Of a stretch of DNA of 64,000 nt, positions 25,192 to 37,630 are shown piece by piece. How positions within the stretch are numbered: the stretch's first letter is position 1; each line of letters starts with the position of its first letter. Under the pieces are notes generated by a model that saw only the letters and a program-made list of their open reading frames with translations, did not search any database and was not told the DNA's origin. The DNA comes from Chara braunii (taxonomy: Eukaryota > Plantae > Charophyceae), in NCBI GenBank assembly GCA_003427395.1, contig BFEA01000005.1:4743075-4807074 (forward strand), read 5' to 3'. The position numbers and the translations under genes are program-made.

Positions 25192-26848
25192 TCCCTACAC
25201 TTGATAGAAATTGCTAACGTGAGAATTGGGCAATCCCGGCTGGCCACGGTCCTACCGGCCCGGCGGTCCAGATTTCCGCACGATGTTGAAGACTTTAAGA
25301 TTGCGCGACCATCCAGGCCGTCCATTAGAGACGCTTTGTTGCTTGTCTCTCTACTCTACTTGTGAAGCAGCCCGCGACCTCTTAAGGGCCCATCAACAAA
25401 ACGAGAACATACAATACAAAATGAAAAACGAATGGTTATTTCAGATTTGCTTATATGGACGCTGCAGAGCATTGGCAATACGGATTTCAAGATGCAGCCA
25501 CTCCGACGCTCTGGATCAAAGAGGGCCTGTACGGGATGGTAGGCACTGGAAAAAACTGTCGGGCCTAACGCCCAGTGGATGTTGGGCATTTGCCAGCTGA
25601 CGGCCCGTTGAGTTCAGGGCCTGGTCATACTCTATGCGCGACCCGGTGACAAACTCTACAGGATGTGCTGCATCGTAACGAAGCTGACAAACGTCTTATA
25701 GACTCTCTCTGCGCGCTGAATGTGTGGCTCTCTGAATTTATGGCTCTGTAGTGTGGCTGATGTTTCTTGCTGACGGTCAAAGGCGCCCTCTTTCCCCTGC
25801 GAAAGCAAGCACGCACATGGACACATACATACCCGTGCATGTTCACATTCGTAATCTGGACACGCACATGGTCACACGTGTATGCACTTGCATCCTGGAC
25901 ACATGCCCACGCATGTATGCACTTGGATCCCGGGCAGACTGTTGAGGTTCCTCTCCTCTATGAGTAAGTCCTGCGAAACAGTCTGTCATTCTTCGCTTTT
26001 GCGGAGTTATGTATGGCGAATGTGACAATCACACGCACGAGCACAATCATGCACACGCACACGCATACACATCGGCACACACACCAGCGCACACGAACAA
26101 ACCCATTCACGTGCGCACACACATACACACACACCGGGTTGGTGCGTTCTTGCTGGAGGAGTCTTCTGTCTTAGGTTAGCTGTCTCGTATCTTATTCCTC
26201 TTTGGGAGTGACGCTGGTAAGTAGTTTGGGATGAATGTCAGGAATTCCAATGCTGTCATATTTGATTTGCTTTTGGTAAATTAGTTTTTTGTGGGGCGAT
26301 GTGGAAGGCTCTCCTTGTTTTTTCGGACCTTTCGAGGGGTCCGGGTCGGTTTTTCTTGCTGGAGTGGTCTTCTGTCTTAGGTAAGTTGCCTTCTGCCCCC
26401 CATCCCCTTATGGTTTGAAAGATACATGTATGCATGTGCATATGTGCGAGTGTGCCGCTTTTCTGGCAGACGGGTGTCTGGGCACTTGGCGCTGAACCAG
26501 GCAAATGTGGCCAACCTTGCATTTTCTATTATATTGCCTATCTATACTTTTCGTTATGGATGGCTTGTGGTGATTTCTCGAGGGAAAGAGAGGTAATCTG
26601 GGGTCTTTTAAAACAACACGCGTGCACACGCACACAACATGCACACATACCTCATAATAGCGAACATGGCAAATATCCAAGCAGGCGCACTTGGTTGGTA
26701 AAATTCCGCAGTAGGAAGGAAGAGGGGCAGAAAGGGCTCGAGAGTGTTCCGCAGTAGGAAGGAAGAGGGACACAGAAAGGGCTCGAGAGTGCCGCAATAG
26801 GTGGGGAGATCTACAGGGGCCTAACCGTGAGCACAGGGTGTCGACTAG
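25192..26848 (+). mobile_element. Candidate non-autonomous Helitron (1657 bp) carrying a hammerhead-like motif
   Basis: A|TC start and CTAG|T end (26845-26848), preceded by an imperfect GC hairpin ccgtgagcacagg. No TSD or TIR. Homologous to the intron-3 element. Confidence 0.5.
25935..25985 (+). ncRNA. Decayed type III hammerhead ribozyme motif, copy 3
   Basis: CAGACTG-TT / GAGG...CCTC / damaged CTGATGA (..TATGA) / GTA-AGTCC-TGC / intact GAAA / CAGTCTG. Confidence 0.55.
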
Positions 26849-27837
26849 TTCTAAGACGGGTGCTCTTAGACTTAAAACTACCAGTGCTTGGCACAGCTAT
26901 CAATTCCGAGCCTCCAGCGACCGGTATGTTGAGCCTGCCAAGCCTGGCAGTACCAGTAGTTGGACGGGCCGAGGCTGGGGGCCAACAGCAAAAAAGAAAA
27001 AAAACAAACAACAACCGTGTGGATGTGAATGCAGTTGGATGCAATTCTCCTGAGTGATAATGTGAGCACGTCGCAGTTTGGGTGTATAAGCCCCGTGACG
27101 TTTTTGTCAGAATCCGAAAGTAAAATAACGAAAAAAAAAGAACAAAGAAATGAATCTCAAAGAAGAAAAAAAAACGAAACATGAATTTGGCCCTGAGATT
27201 AGTTAGATACATTTGTGTGTGCAAGTGTGAGTTGCCCTCAACGAGGGATGCTCAGTAGATCACGGGATATGCCCTGCCTCGCTGGCAGGGGTATCTAAGA
27301 GAAATGAAAAGAAACAAAAGCAGAAAAAATAGACATTCAGAATCTACCTGAAATGCTAGTTACGAGCATTCCACCAAGAACAGACGTGACCACGACCCTC
27401 GCCCAACTTAGTATTCTTTCTTTTTTTTGGTTTTCTTTTCTACGTCGCAATTCTCAGTGACCGACCGTTCATGTGAACGAGACCCCCCTCGAATGCGGCG
27501 CGTTAACGGGACACCTCCGCGGCCCATAGCTGGGCCAAGTACTGGTGGTTTAATACTTAGTTTTTGGTTCTCGTGGTTGATTCTCTACTTTGTTATTTTA
27601 CCCCTTTTCTACGGTTGCGTAGCCCCCTCCGACTTTTTATTCATTTGAATTTTGCTCGTTTTGGCTCTGCCAACTGTCGTTGGGGTAAGTAAGACCCACA
27701 AACCAACCGTGGGTAATGGTCCCAGACAGGCACATTGTTACATTACGGCTTGTTTTGTGAGGAATTCCCGGCCTCGTGTTTTCATGACAATGGAATCCTT
27801 TACGTTTCCCAAAAAAAAAGGAACCATGGCAAATATT

Positions 27838-27885
<48 letters not shown>

Positions 27886-28645
27886 ATGATCATGGGGATG
27901 CTGAAGATATGGAGCATGATATATGACATGGTAAGAGAGACCACGAGAAGTGTAGGAATATTATGTCGCAGACATCAGGAAGTTGCATCGGGAAGGGATA
28001 GAAGCACGCTGTTGTGTTTTTTTCCTTCGTATTGACTCTGATTGGGAAAAGGAGAAGAGGCAGGGCAGCATCGGGAAGAAATGGAGAGGAAAAGAGGGAC
28101 ATGAAGATCGGACATGGTGATGTGATTAGGTCATGTACTACAAGTGCAAAAGCGGAGGGAAAAGACTTGGGAGATGACGTGAAAGACTCTGGATTGGAGT
28201 GCAATGGTGATGGAGAGGAGAATGCGGGGAAGTCAGGATCAGGGAAAAGGATCATGGGTGTGGCAGTCGTTGGGGATCTGAAATCAGGACGAAGCAGCAG
28301 ACTTACAACCGTCGGAGGAGGATGGGTGCACCAGTTGAGGCAAGGGAGTGGGCAAGGAAGAGGGTGAGGAGGCGGACTGAAGGGGACACCAGTGGTGTGG
28401 AGGGGTACCACTTGGTGCAATCTTTTCTGTCTTTTCTTTTTTTTCGTTTTATTTTCTGTGAGTGTAAGAGAGAAAGAGATCGTGTGGGTGTGAGAGAGAG
28501 AGAGAGAGCATTGGTCATGTACCTCTGTGAATGTGTGACGCATCATATTTGTTTTTGCGGGCGAAGTGGCAACAGGTCATCTAGTTCACTTGAGATGCCT
28601 TCCTCGATTTCCATACACACAATGTACTGCCTTGAACTTCACATG

Positions 28646-29013
28646 CGGTTAACCAGGGGTGTTATTTTCGACGAATTTTGCACTGAATTGCACTGAAACT
28701 GTCATATTGTGCTGAATTTTTGCTTTTTTTCTTGTTTTCCTTTTTGTGTGATATATATGTGCTGTAGGGTGCGTCATGTGTGCAGTTTTGACATGTTCGG
28801 ATCAATAATGAAAAAGTTGAGTTCGTTGGACGCTTCATTTAGACTCGGACGGTGTCTTTGTGTTAGGGTTTCATAGTTTTTTTTTGTTTTTTTTTGGTTC
28901 TTTTTGGCCTGTTTCCTTTTTTGACGTTTGCACTATGGTCTCATATCGTTTGTTTTTAAAATTTCAGCGCAATTGCCAACGAAAACGGCGAATATTTGGG
29001 CCCCCGTTAACCG
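28646..29013. mobile_element. MITE-like element with imperfect ~50-bp TIRs and TTAA at both ends
   Basis: Left cggttaaccagggg...aattgcactgaaa versus reverse complement of right cggttaacggggg...aattgcgctgaaa. TTAA at 28649-28652 and 29007-29010. Confidence 0.5.
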
Positions 29014-29864
29014 TTTCTCTTGAACTTTCTTAATCCATACGGGCTCTGGGCAATGAACCTTTTTCTCCGTAAACATGTGCGCACTGTCAAGGCATTGGAA
29101 CTGATTTACCATCAGTGCTTTGGTTGTTTATGCCAGAAGACAGCTATGTGTTCTCCTGAAGCGCTCTTTGGTTTTCCCCTGCTCTTTGGTTTCACCCTTT
29201 CGAAAAGCAGTGAAATGGAACGATATGGATCGGCCTGCAAAATCCTCCCCATTGGGATTGAGCAACGTTGCCCACTATCCAAACATGTTGAAAGGCACCT
29301 TAGCTTGGAAAGTCTCATTTGCTGCCATGTGAAATGCTCTCTCATACCACCCCAACTCCAGCTGCCTGTGCACTTCATTTTTCTTGCCCACAAGTCTCAG
29401 GACAGAATCTACAGTGCGCAGGCCTGGTAGAGGTTAGGGGAGGAAGGGTACCACAATCATTTTTCCTCATGGTGTCTCTGTTGATTATAGGGTCGGTGAA
29501 TTGCAATTTCTGAGTGGTCAGATTTAGGTCCGGATGGAGAGGTGGGTGGTTTAAGCACGTGCTGATCCATGTAAAGGTTGTCATATCCTATAACACGAAC
29601 TTAAGAAATACAGACCTGTGTTCGAATGTGCACTTAGACTAAGAATAGAATTGCTTGGCGTGCAGTGCAGCCCCCTCCTATACGGAAGTTGTATCACTCG
29701 AATTCTCAGTTCTCTCTCTCGAAGTTTGCTCTGTACGGGGGACTGGTATCTCTCAAGTTTCAGTTCCCCCCCACTCGAAGTTTGCCGTTTCGTCGTCCTC
29801 CGAGGTGTGGGAGTTAGTAAAATGTGGCACAGGATTGGCTTGGCTTCGTACCCCAGTGGACCTG

Positions 29865-30097
29865 CAGCAAAAGCTGCCTGGCAACGGAGCATCAACCTGA
29901 TGTGCGAGTATGTGCTCTCTGATTCACCGAAAGGTTTTCTCGATTGACACCTTGTGTCTAGTTTCTCTTGACTCGGTTTTTCTATGTTGAAGCAGGCTGG
30001 TGTACGTTGCTCTGTGAAGTCGTAATTGGGACGAAGTGCAACCATGTTTGGACTTATATGTGTCGTGGACAGGATGCATACGAGTCCCCGCTCATAT
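29865..30097 (+). repeat. Dispersed direct repeat, copy B
   Basis: Matches 24294-24553. Confidence 0.9.
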
Positions 30098-31148
30098 GGG
30101 TCCAACTTTGTCAGAAAGTAGTGAAGCGGTGACAACAAATAATTTTAGATTTCCACGAATACTCTGTTCCTACGTTTGACTAGTCTCAGACATATTGCAA
30201 TGCAGCAAGGAAAATATTTTACAACCTATCTGCAGCTGTCTGTCAGTTGTTAGCAGTGTCTGTCACAACTAACTAGTCAAGTATAAAAATAAAATCGTTT
30301 GCTCGGTGTGCATGCAGCCGTATTGTTTTTCAATGATTGAATTGTTGACTGATATCCTCCCTCCCTCCCCCCCTATCCCTCTTCAGTAGTCAATTGATGT
30401 CAACATCCTGAAGCTCTGGTTTAGCGTGATCCACCCTTGTGCTCAGGAAATCGCTTATGGCCAGTTCTGCCCGTTCTTTACCGTCGCATGGAAGGATCCT
30501 TCCATCTGATTGATCGGGCTGATCAAGAGGCAGTGTAATGACAACCCCAAGGTCCTTGGGAAATATTTACAGCGCAGTGAGCAGAACCAAGGACAAGCGG
30601 CAAAGCATGCGTGTACTAAGTCCTTATGGGTTGTCATGGTGATCGTGACCGGAGTGCTTGTCCAGGGCCCTTCAGACGCAATGCCCGTCTCCCATCAGCA
30701 TGTTCCCAAGGAAGAATGTCGATTCTCGAGGTTGAATGCTTAGGACACCTCACAATGAGAGGACTCTCAAGACATAAGTCACTTGCTTACAGTAAAAAGT
30801 AATGACGAGGGTTGACAAGGTAAGGAGAAACGTACCTCATAATGCTGCCCCCAACCACAAATTTCTCACTGGTACCTTGACTTGCATTTACGATGGTCGG
30901 TCGATGCCTCAGCATAACCCACAAGGCAATGCAATTCCATCTCGGCTTAAATTGGCACATTAGCAAGCTCGCATCATCCAACGTGCACAGCCTATGTCAC
31001 CACATCCTTCCTGGCGCGCCCACATGACACTAGGCCGGCATTCATTGACGCTCATGCGTTATCCCTGCCTCACCATATCCTGCGAAGCAGCAAACAGCCA
31101 TTGCGAAGGAGCCAGCGGAGTGGCTCAAACCAGCTTTGATACCAAATT

Positions 31149-32210
31149 GCAAGGAAAATGAGAAATAGCTAAATGACAGAAACCTAGAGAGGCAGCAAGT
31201 CCATCGCAGAAATGAGAAGCAGAAATGCACCGATATTCCACCAACGGAGAACCAAAACACTGAACCTGATTGTCAATGGGAGCGTACTTTTTTTTAACTG
31301 ATCATAACAGATACTACACTTGATCTTAGCCAAAAGGCTGAGAAAGGTATGGGGGAGCATACTTTCACCATCACCAACATATGTATCCAGAGTCCTTCCT
31401 CCTACTTGATGATTAGTGCCCAGACTTCGATCACACAACTTACTAGCTGCCTACAAATTGACAATGCATCCAGGTGACGTCAGCACCAAAACTGATATAC
31501 ATGAAGATGTTGACCCTTGTAGACCATCTCCAAGACCAGGTAAGTTCCCTTACATCACCAACCTCGTCTCTCGCTCTCTCTCTCATCCTCACTCTCTCTC
31601 TCATCCTCACTCTCTCTCTCATCCTCGACTTCATCATCCACGTCTTCTCCCTCTTACATGAAGACCACCGCCACCTCCCGCTGACTGTCCAAGCCTAAGC
31701 TCGACTACGTGGGATGGGCTACGGCGCTGCCATCAACAGCGCCCTGCTTATCGCATGGCAGCACGCACGCGTGCAGACTTTCCATACATCAGCGCAGCAG
31801 CCCGTGAGCGCTAGCTCTAGCAGCGATGCCGCATCAGCATGCAAGTGTTCGATCCCCGACACTGAGCCGTACATTGAGCCCTGCACTGAGCCCTGCCCTT
31901 TCATATATCAAAAGTGACGACTTGTTTCTCTGTCCTTGTGAGCTTAGTATGTGGGCACAGTCCTCACCCAGGTATCCAGGTGCTCTTCCATCTGCTTGTC
32001 GCAAGAGAGTCAGCAAGGGTATCTTGGGGGTCCACTGCATGGGTTGTATAACAGCCTGTGCCTGCTGCATTGGTTGTGAAGCCAATGGATCCGTCTGCTG
32101 CTGCAGCACTTGCTACTGTAGGGGTAACTGTTGCACAAACTATTGTACATGCGGCGGCCCTCAGCGGCAACCGCTGATTACGAAAGTGAAGAAGGTATCG
32201 GAATCTGACC
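31149..32210 (-). mobile_element. Decayed Gypsy gag-like fragment (dispersed repeat; related copies at 36340-36910 and 40190-40520)
   Basis: Q-rich MLQQQTDP...QWTPKIPLL on the minus strand. The nucleotide block aaggaaaatgag...aatgcacYRaYatWcc...cacaact(t)acta is seen three times. Confidence 0.6.
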
Positions 32211-32289
32211 ACCACAACCTACTAATAATCCACCTGATTGGGGTATGCTAAACTGTGGAGAAAATGGTGGCATGTGCTCGTTGTCTTTT

Positions 32290-35090
32290 TGTAACGACTA
32301 CAAGCAAAACTGCGAGGAAGGAATGTACCTAGTTTTTTTCTCTGAGAAAGGGGAGGCTGTAAAATCACTCCCAGAGATAGAAGCAGTCGTTGCGCAATAT
32401 TTAGACTTCTTTGAGGAGCCTAGGGGTTTGGTGGAAAGGGAGGTTGTCAACGCAATAGAAGATGTCATTGGTAGCGAAGTATCTAGAGGGCGAATCGATG
32501 GGATGTTTCCTGCAGGTTTGACGAGCTTTGTCGCCAGGTCAAGGAGCTCATAAAGAAGGGCTGGATTTGGCCAAGTACGACCCCCTGCAGAGCGCCAGTT
32601 TTATTTTTCCCAAAGAAAGGGGGGTACCTAAGGATGTGCATTGACTTATAGGGGCCTCGATGGCATCACCGTTAAAAATGTGGAGACCCTACCACGCATT
32701 ACCGACCTCTTGGATACAGTGTAGGGATGCCGGTACTATACTTAGATAGATATGAAGTTCAGATACCACCAGATTTCTATCAGACTTGAAAACCAACACA
32801 AAATAGTTTTGCAAACCAGGTGCGGTCTGTACGAGTTTGTGATGATGCCATTTGAACTATGCAATGCTTCTGGGACCTTCCAACACACAACGAGCCCCTC
32901 TAACTGACCTCACATGCCTTGACACCCCATGAAAGTGGACCGACAAGTGTGAGACAATGTTAAAGAAATTGAAAACTGCCATTATGTTGAAGTGGACATT
33001 TTTTTATTTTTTGAATGAAATTGGAACAGAGTTTTCTGGCCGAAAACTCGTTCAAATTTGTTGCTCTTGAGGGTCCAGCCTGTTTAAAACGCTGGACCCC
33101 TAGGATGTACCCCTTGGATGTACGTGGACTTAGCTTGAGACCAAATACATGTAGGCAGTACTCTATGGATATATCTGGATTCTAGTTAAGTCCACATACA
33201 TCCAGGGGGTCCTGCGTTCTGTAAATGCCAGAGCCTCAGGAGTAGCAAATTTAAACGAGTTTCAGTCAGAAAACTCAGCTCCAATTTCATGCAAAAAATA
33301 AAAAAATGTTAATTTTGATGAAATGACAGTTGTATGCCCTAACAAAATATGAAGTTCTTAAACTTTCGATCTTGGACGACACAAGCACGGTCCTTGCGCA
33401 GAAGGAGGGGAACAAGTTAAGGTCGATCGAGTACATGAGTAAAAAATGCCTTGTTAGAAATTAGCTAAGTCCATGTATGAGTGTGTGCTCTATGCCCTCT
33501 ATAGAGTGCTGGTCCATTGGAGACACACTACCTCTTAGGCAAATTCTTTTATGTGAGATCTGACCATGAAACGTTGCGTTGGATTAAGGCACAGCCCGTG
33601 CTCTCCGACGCAATTAAGAGGTGGATTGAAGCCATAAATATGTACGGCTTCATGCTTAACCCTCTAAAGGGAGAGTACAACAAAGTGGCCGATGCACTAT
33701 CGTGTAGGGCACATTATCTGGGCGCGCTAATGATTGAGTTTGAAATTTCGGACGATGTAATTGGTTTAAGGTGGAAGCCCATCAAGAAGATGCAATTATG
33801 TCCAAGATCATCCGCAAACTGAAAGCTAAAGATTAGGCTACTTTCGAACAGGTTTTGCTGGTTAGCGAATTGTTGATCCTTGAGAAAGTTGGGAATAAAC
33901 GTTTGTGTGTACTGAATAGAGACTCTTTGCGTATTTCATTTTTAGGTGAGTGTCACGATGCAATTGGTCATTTTGGCTATAAAATGACAACAAGAAATTC
34001 AGTTCAGCAAGTTTGCTGGCCCGCATGGATGAAAGATTGAAAAAAATATGTAGAAACTTGGGATGTTAATGAGCGCGACAAATCATGGACGCAGGCAACG
34101 CTTGGGCTTATTAAGCCTTTGCCCATTCGTGCTAGACCAGTTCAGAGTGTGTCTATGGATTTCATGGATATCCTTGTGACCAGCAAGAGCCGTAAACGAT
34201 ATATCTTTGTCATTGTGGATAGGTTCATTAGACTCATCGGTATGCCTGAGACAGGTAAGACTGATCACGTCATCAAGTTATTTATGGACAACTGGGTGAC
34301 TTCGGTCTCTCTAAGTCTATTGTAAGCGATTGGGACGTTAGATTCACTAGTGAATTGTGGCAAAGTACAACAAAACAGCTGGGTACCCGACTGCAAATTG
34401 CATTAGGGAACCACCCTGAGTCAAAGGGACAGGCCGAACAGATGAACAGGGTAGTGTAACACTTGGTTCGACATTATATTAAACCACATCAAGATTACTG
34501 GAATGAGAAGTTACCTCTCATCGCCAGCCTGTATAACTGTTGTGCACAACACTATCGGTAAGACTCCCAACCAGCTGCCTCTTGGTTGGAAGCCTAAATC
34601 TCTGATTCCTGAAAACCAGCCAGCCGCAGCACCTGGTAGCATAAACTTTGTTGTCAAGCACGAACGAATGTTGTAGCAAGTTGTAGAGCACATAAAAAAA
34701 CTTAAGATGCCATGGTGCATCTTAGAACAAACACAAACGACGATCTGCATTTTAGGTAGGTGAACGAGTCTGGGTCAAATCATCATAGTTGGGATAGGAG
34801 TTGGGAATCTCATGTAAACTGACGCCACAATATTTTGGACTATGGGAAATCCTTGATATATTGGGTGATCAACCAGATGGTGCCTTATATGTGATTCGCA
34901 TCCTTGGTTACCTTCATACACACCCTGTTTTCCATGCCTCCAGGTTAGCACATTTTGCTGAGACAGACCACTTTCCGTCAAGGAGATCAATGTTGCTCCC
35001 AACCATGGACGGATATGTCGACATCGACGACATTGTTAAGCGCAAGCAACTGATGCATGTACCCAACCCCCCAAGCAGAGGACGCCCTCT
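32290..35090 (+). mobile_element. Decayed Ty3/Gypsy pol remnant 2 (partial RT, RNase H, integrase, start of chromodomain region)
   Basis: MPFELCNASGTFQ; HYLLGKFFYVRSDHETLRW..NKVADALS; ECHDAIGHFG; SVSMDFMD..IVDRF; HPVFHASRL..FPSRRSM. The YxDD segment appears to be deleted. Confidence 0.9.
32974..33331. mobile_element. Fold-back MITE (358 bp, ~165-bp imperfect TIRs) inserted in pol remnant 2
   Basis: AACTGCCATT...AATGACAGTT termini with arms complementary along most of their length. Removing it restores KKLK-YALTKYEVL. Confidence 0.85.
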
Positions 35091-35255
35091 TTTTCCTTTT
35101 TGTTTTTCCTTTTTCTTTGTATATACAAACAGGGCAATAGCCTTGGAGGATCGTCGCCAAACTGATCGACTGCAAGTAATTCAAACTTCAAAGCGATTTA
35201 CTTACCTGAGTGCAACAGAATTTGTCCATCAACAGCGGTTGGGTGTACCATTCAA

Positions 35256-35783
35256 CGACGTGGCCTTGGCGAATCTTCCTTTTCTGTCTGCTTTCGTTTC
35301 TCCAATCTCTCACATCCAAGTGATGATGTTTTTTTTTTTCTTTTTTTTAATCTCAGGGATAGCCGATGCTTGTTGTGGCTAACTTGATGAGAGTGATCTT
35401 TCTCTCGCTCTCTCTCTCCCTCTCTCTCTCTCTCTGTGCAAGGAGTCAGTTTTGAGTTCGCTAGCGTAGCCTGCTAGTCATAAAATTTGCTACCTCTTTG
35501 CGCGAGCTCCACAGGGCGACGTGGCCTTGGGGAATCTTCCTTTTTTGTCTGCTTTCGTTTCTCCAATCTCTCACATCCAAGTGATGATGTTTTTTTTTTT
35601 TTTTTTATTAATCTCAGGGATAACCGATGCTTGTTGTGGCTAACTTGATGAGAGTGATCTTTCTCTCGCTCTCTCTCTCCCTCTCTCTATCTCTCTCTCT
35701 CTGGGCAAGGAGTCAGTTTCGAGTTCGCTAGCGTAGCCTGCTAGTCACAAAATTTGCAACCTCTTTGCGAGAGCTCCACAGGG
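35256..35783. repeat. Recent tandem duplication, ~261-bp period
   Basis: cgacgtggccttgg...gagctccacaggg starts at 35256 and 35517, with near-identical copies. Confidence 0.95.
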
Positions 35784-36339
35784 CCGGGTGCCGAGTCCCA
35801 CCAGCAACATTGCGTTTTCTTGACGCTCGAATCTGGATGTGTCGGTGCAAATGTGCGGAAATCACGTTGAGTTTCCTCAACCCCACATCTCCACAAACGG
35901 TCCAAATACAGGCGTTGGGCAAACTATATGCTGCTTGTGGTACTTGGCCCCTGGTAGGCGCTACTCTGTTCTCAACTCCTTTATCCTTAATCCCAACTTA
36001 AATGGATTGCCCTGGTACCTGGTCCTGAAAATGAGAAAACTGCCCATTTATAACTTGCCATGTGTTGGGAGCGCTTCTATAAGTTTTTTTCGTCTTTATG
36101 AACTGGGAAGTATAGGGACCTGCCGAACTGTGTTTTTTTTGCCCATTCTGAACTATAGGTGTGACACATGCGTACTTGCCTCTTTCGTTTTCATAACTAC
36201 CTCGTCATATATTGTCCACAAAACGTTTTTCAGAAGACCTTCAAACTTTCTCTGCCATACCTTGACACTCCTTTGTCTAATTTGGTGGTCCTGTCTTTCA
36301 AATTGGCAGATTGTTTTTCTTTGTTTTTGCCCCCCTTCT

Positions 36340-37200
36340 GCAAGGAAAATGAGAAATAGTGAAATGATAGATATCCAGATTGCGAAGTCACATTGAAAGC
36401 CAACAAGTCTGAACGCTGTCCAGAAAGTAGTAATGCACCGACATTCCACCAACGGAGAAACAAAGCACATCCGAATGTCAATTAGAGCGTACTCTCGCCA
36501 CCACCAAGATATGTATCCAGAATCCTCCTTCTTCTTGACGCTAAGCGCCCAAACTACTTATACACAACTACTAGCAACCCACAAATTAAAAATGCATCCT
36601 GTTGACGTCAGTAGCAGAATCGAAGTACATGAAGATGTCGACCCTTGTAGACCATTGCCGGATTTGGTACGTGCCCTCACATCATCAACCTCATCTCTCA
36701 TTTTCAACCTTGATGTCATCACCCACGTCCTCTCCCTCATACACAAAGACCAACACCACCTTCGCTGGCTATGTCTAAGCCGAACCCCGGCTATGTGGGG
36801 CTGGCTATGGCGCTGCCCTTAGCAGCACCCTGCCTTCTCACACGACCTTATACATGCCCGCACAGTTGCCCACGTGCAGAAGCAGCCCCGTGAGTGCTAA
36901 CTTGAGCAACACTGCCTTATGTGCTTGCAAGTGTCCGATTACCCAGCCCTGCGACCTGCTCTTTCCTATATGGGAAGAGGCGGGCGCTTGCCTTTACTAG
37001 ACTACGTGATGCAAAGTTTTCAGTAGCTTCAGTTTCGGCCAAAGTGTCTGCGCCCACGCCCAATTCAGATAAATGTCTGGGACCGAATTGGTTACGCATG
37101 CCCAACCGCCCATGTACAAACGTGCGATGCTCCCTGCTTCGACCATGTTGCTAGAAGAGCCTAGAAGGCTCACAAATATTTTGATTTTCACGAGCAAGGC
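36340..37200 (-). mobile_element. Decayed Gypsy gag-like fragment
   Basis: Homologous to 31149-31830 at the nucleotide level over 36340-36910. Confidence 0.55.
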
Positions 37201-37369
37201 GGATTGTACCCAACTGGCCCGTTTGCAAAAATGACATGTTTAGGACGCATTGCGATTAAGGGGGCCCACCTTCATTTAGGGCAGGCACCCGCATGTTGCA
37301 AGGCCCTATGCTGAGGCATAAACCCTCGCAATCCTTCCTCCTTTACTTCAATAGTCCTCTTAGAAGTCG

Positions 37370-37630
37370 TTACACAACATGCTGCTTCCCTTTTAAATTT
37401 CGTTCATAGCATGATATATTATGGGGATAAGTCTTCATTAACTTTTTCCTTATAAACCACCGATCTTCTTTAGGATCTGTATGGTTTCTGAACCGCATTT
37501 GAAACTGTATCTGCGGTTTTGGAGGGCATTCCCTGCCCAAAGGCTTGGGCATAACCATCAATTGTGCTCAACAATGTCGTCGATATTCACGTGTCCATCT
37601 ATTGTTGCTGGCAACATAGATCTTCTTGAG
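37370..37630 (-). mobile_element. Gypsy integrase C-terminus/chromodomain fragment
   Basis: SRRSMLPATIDGHVNIDDIVE...QIQFQMRFRNHTDPKEDRWF; same family as the end of pol remnant 2, in opposite orientation. Confidence 0.8.

Noticed and set aside
29020-29430. LINE RT fragment (GIEQRCPLSK resembling GVRQGCPLSP)
   Set aside because: One weak motif with no flanking RT motifs; not enough to call.
31149-36910. Direct repeats as the LTR pair of pol remnant 2
   Set aside because: No TG..CA ends, PBS or PPT; a third copy exists; the blocks are contiguous with minus-strand gag-like sequence.
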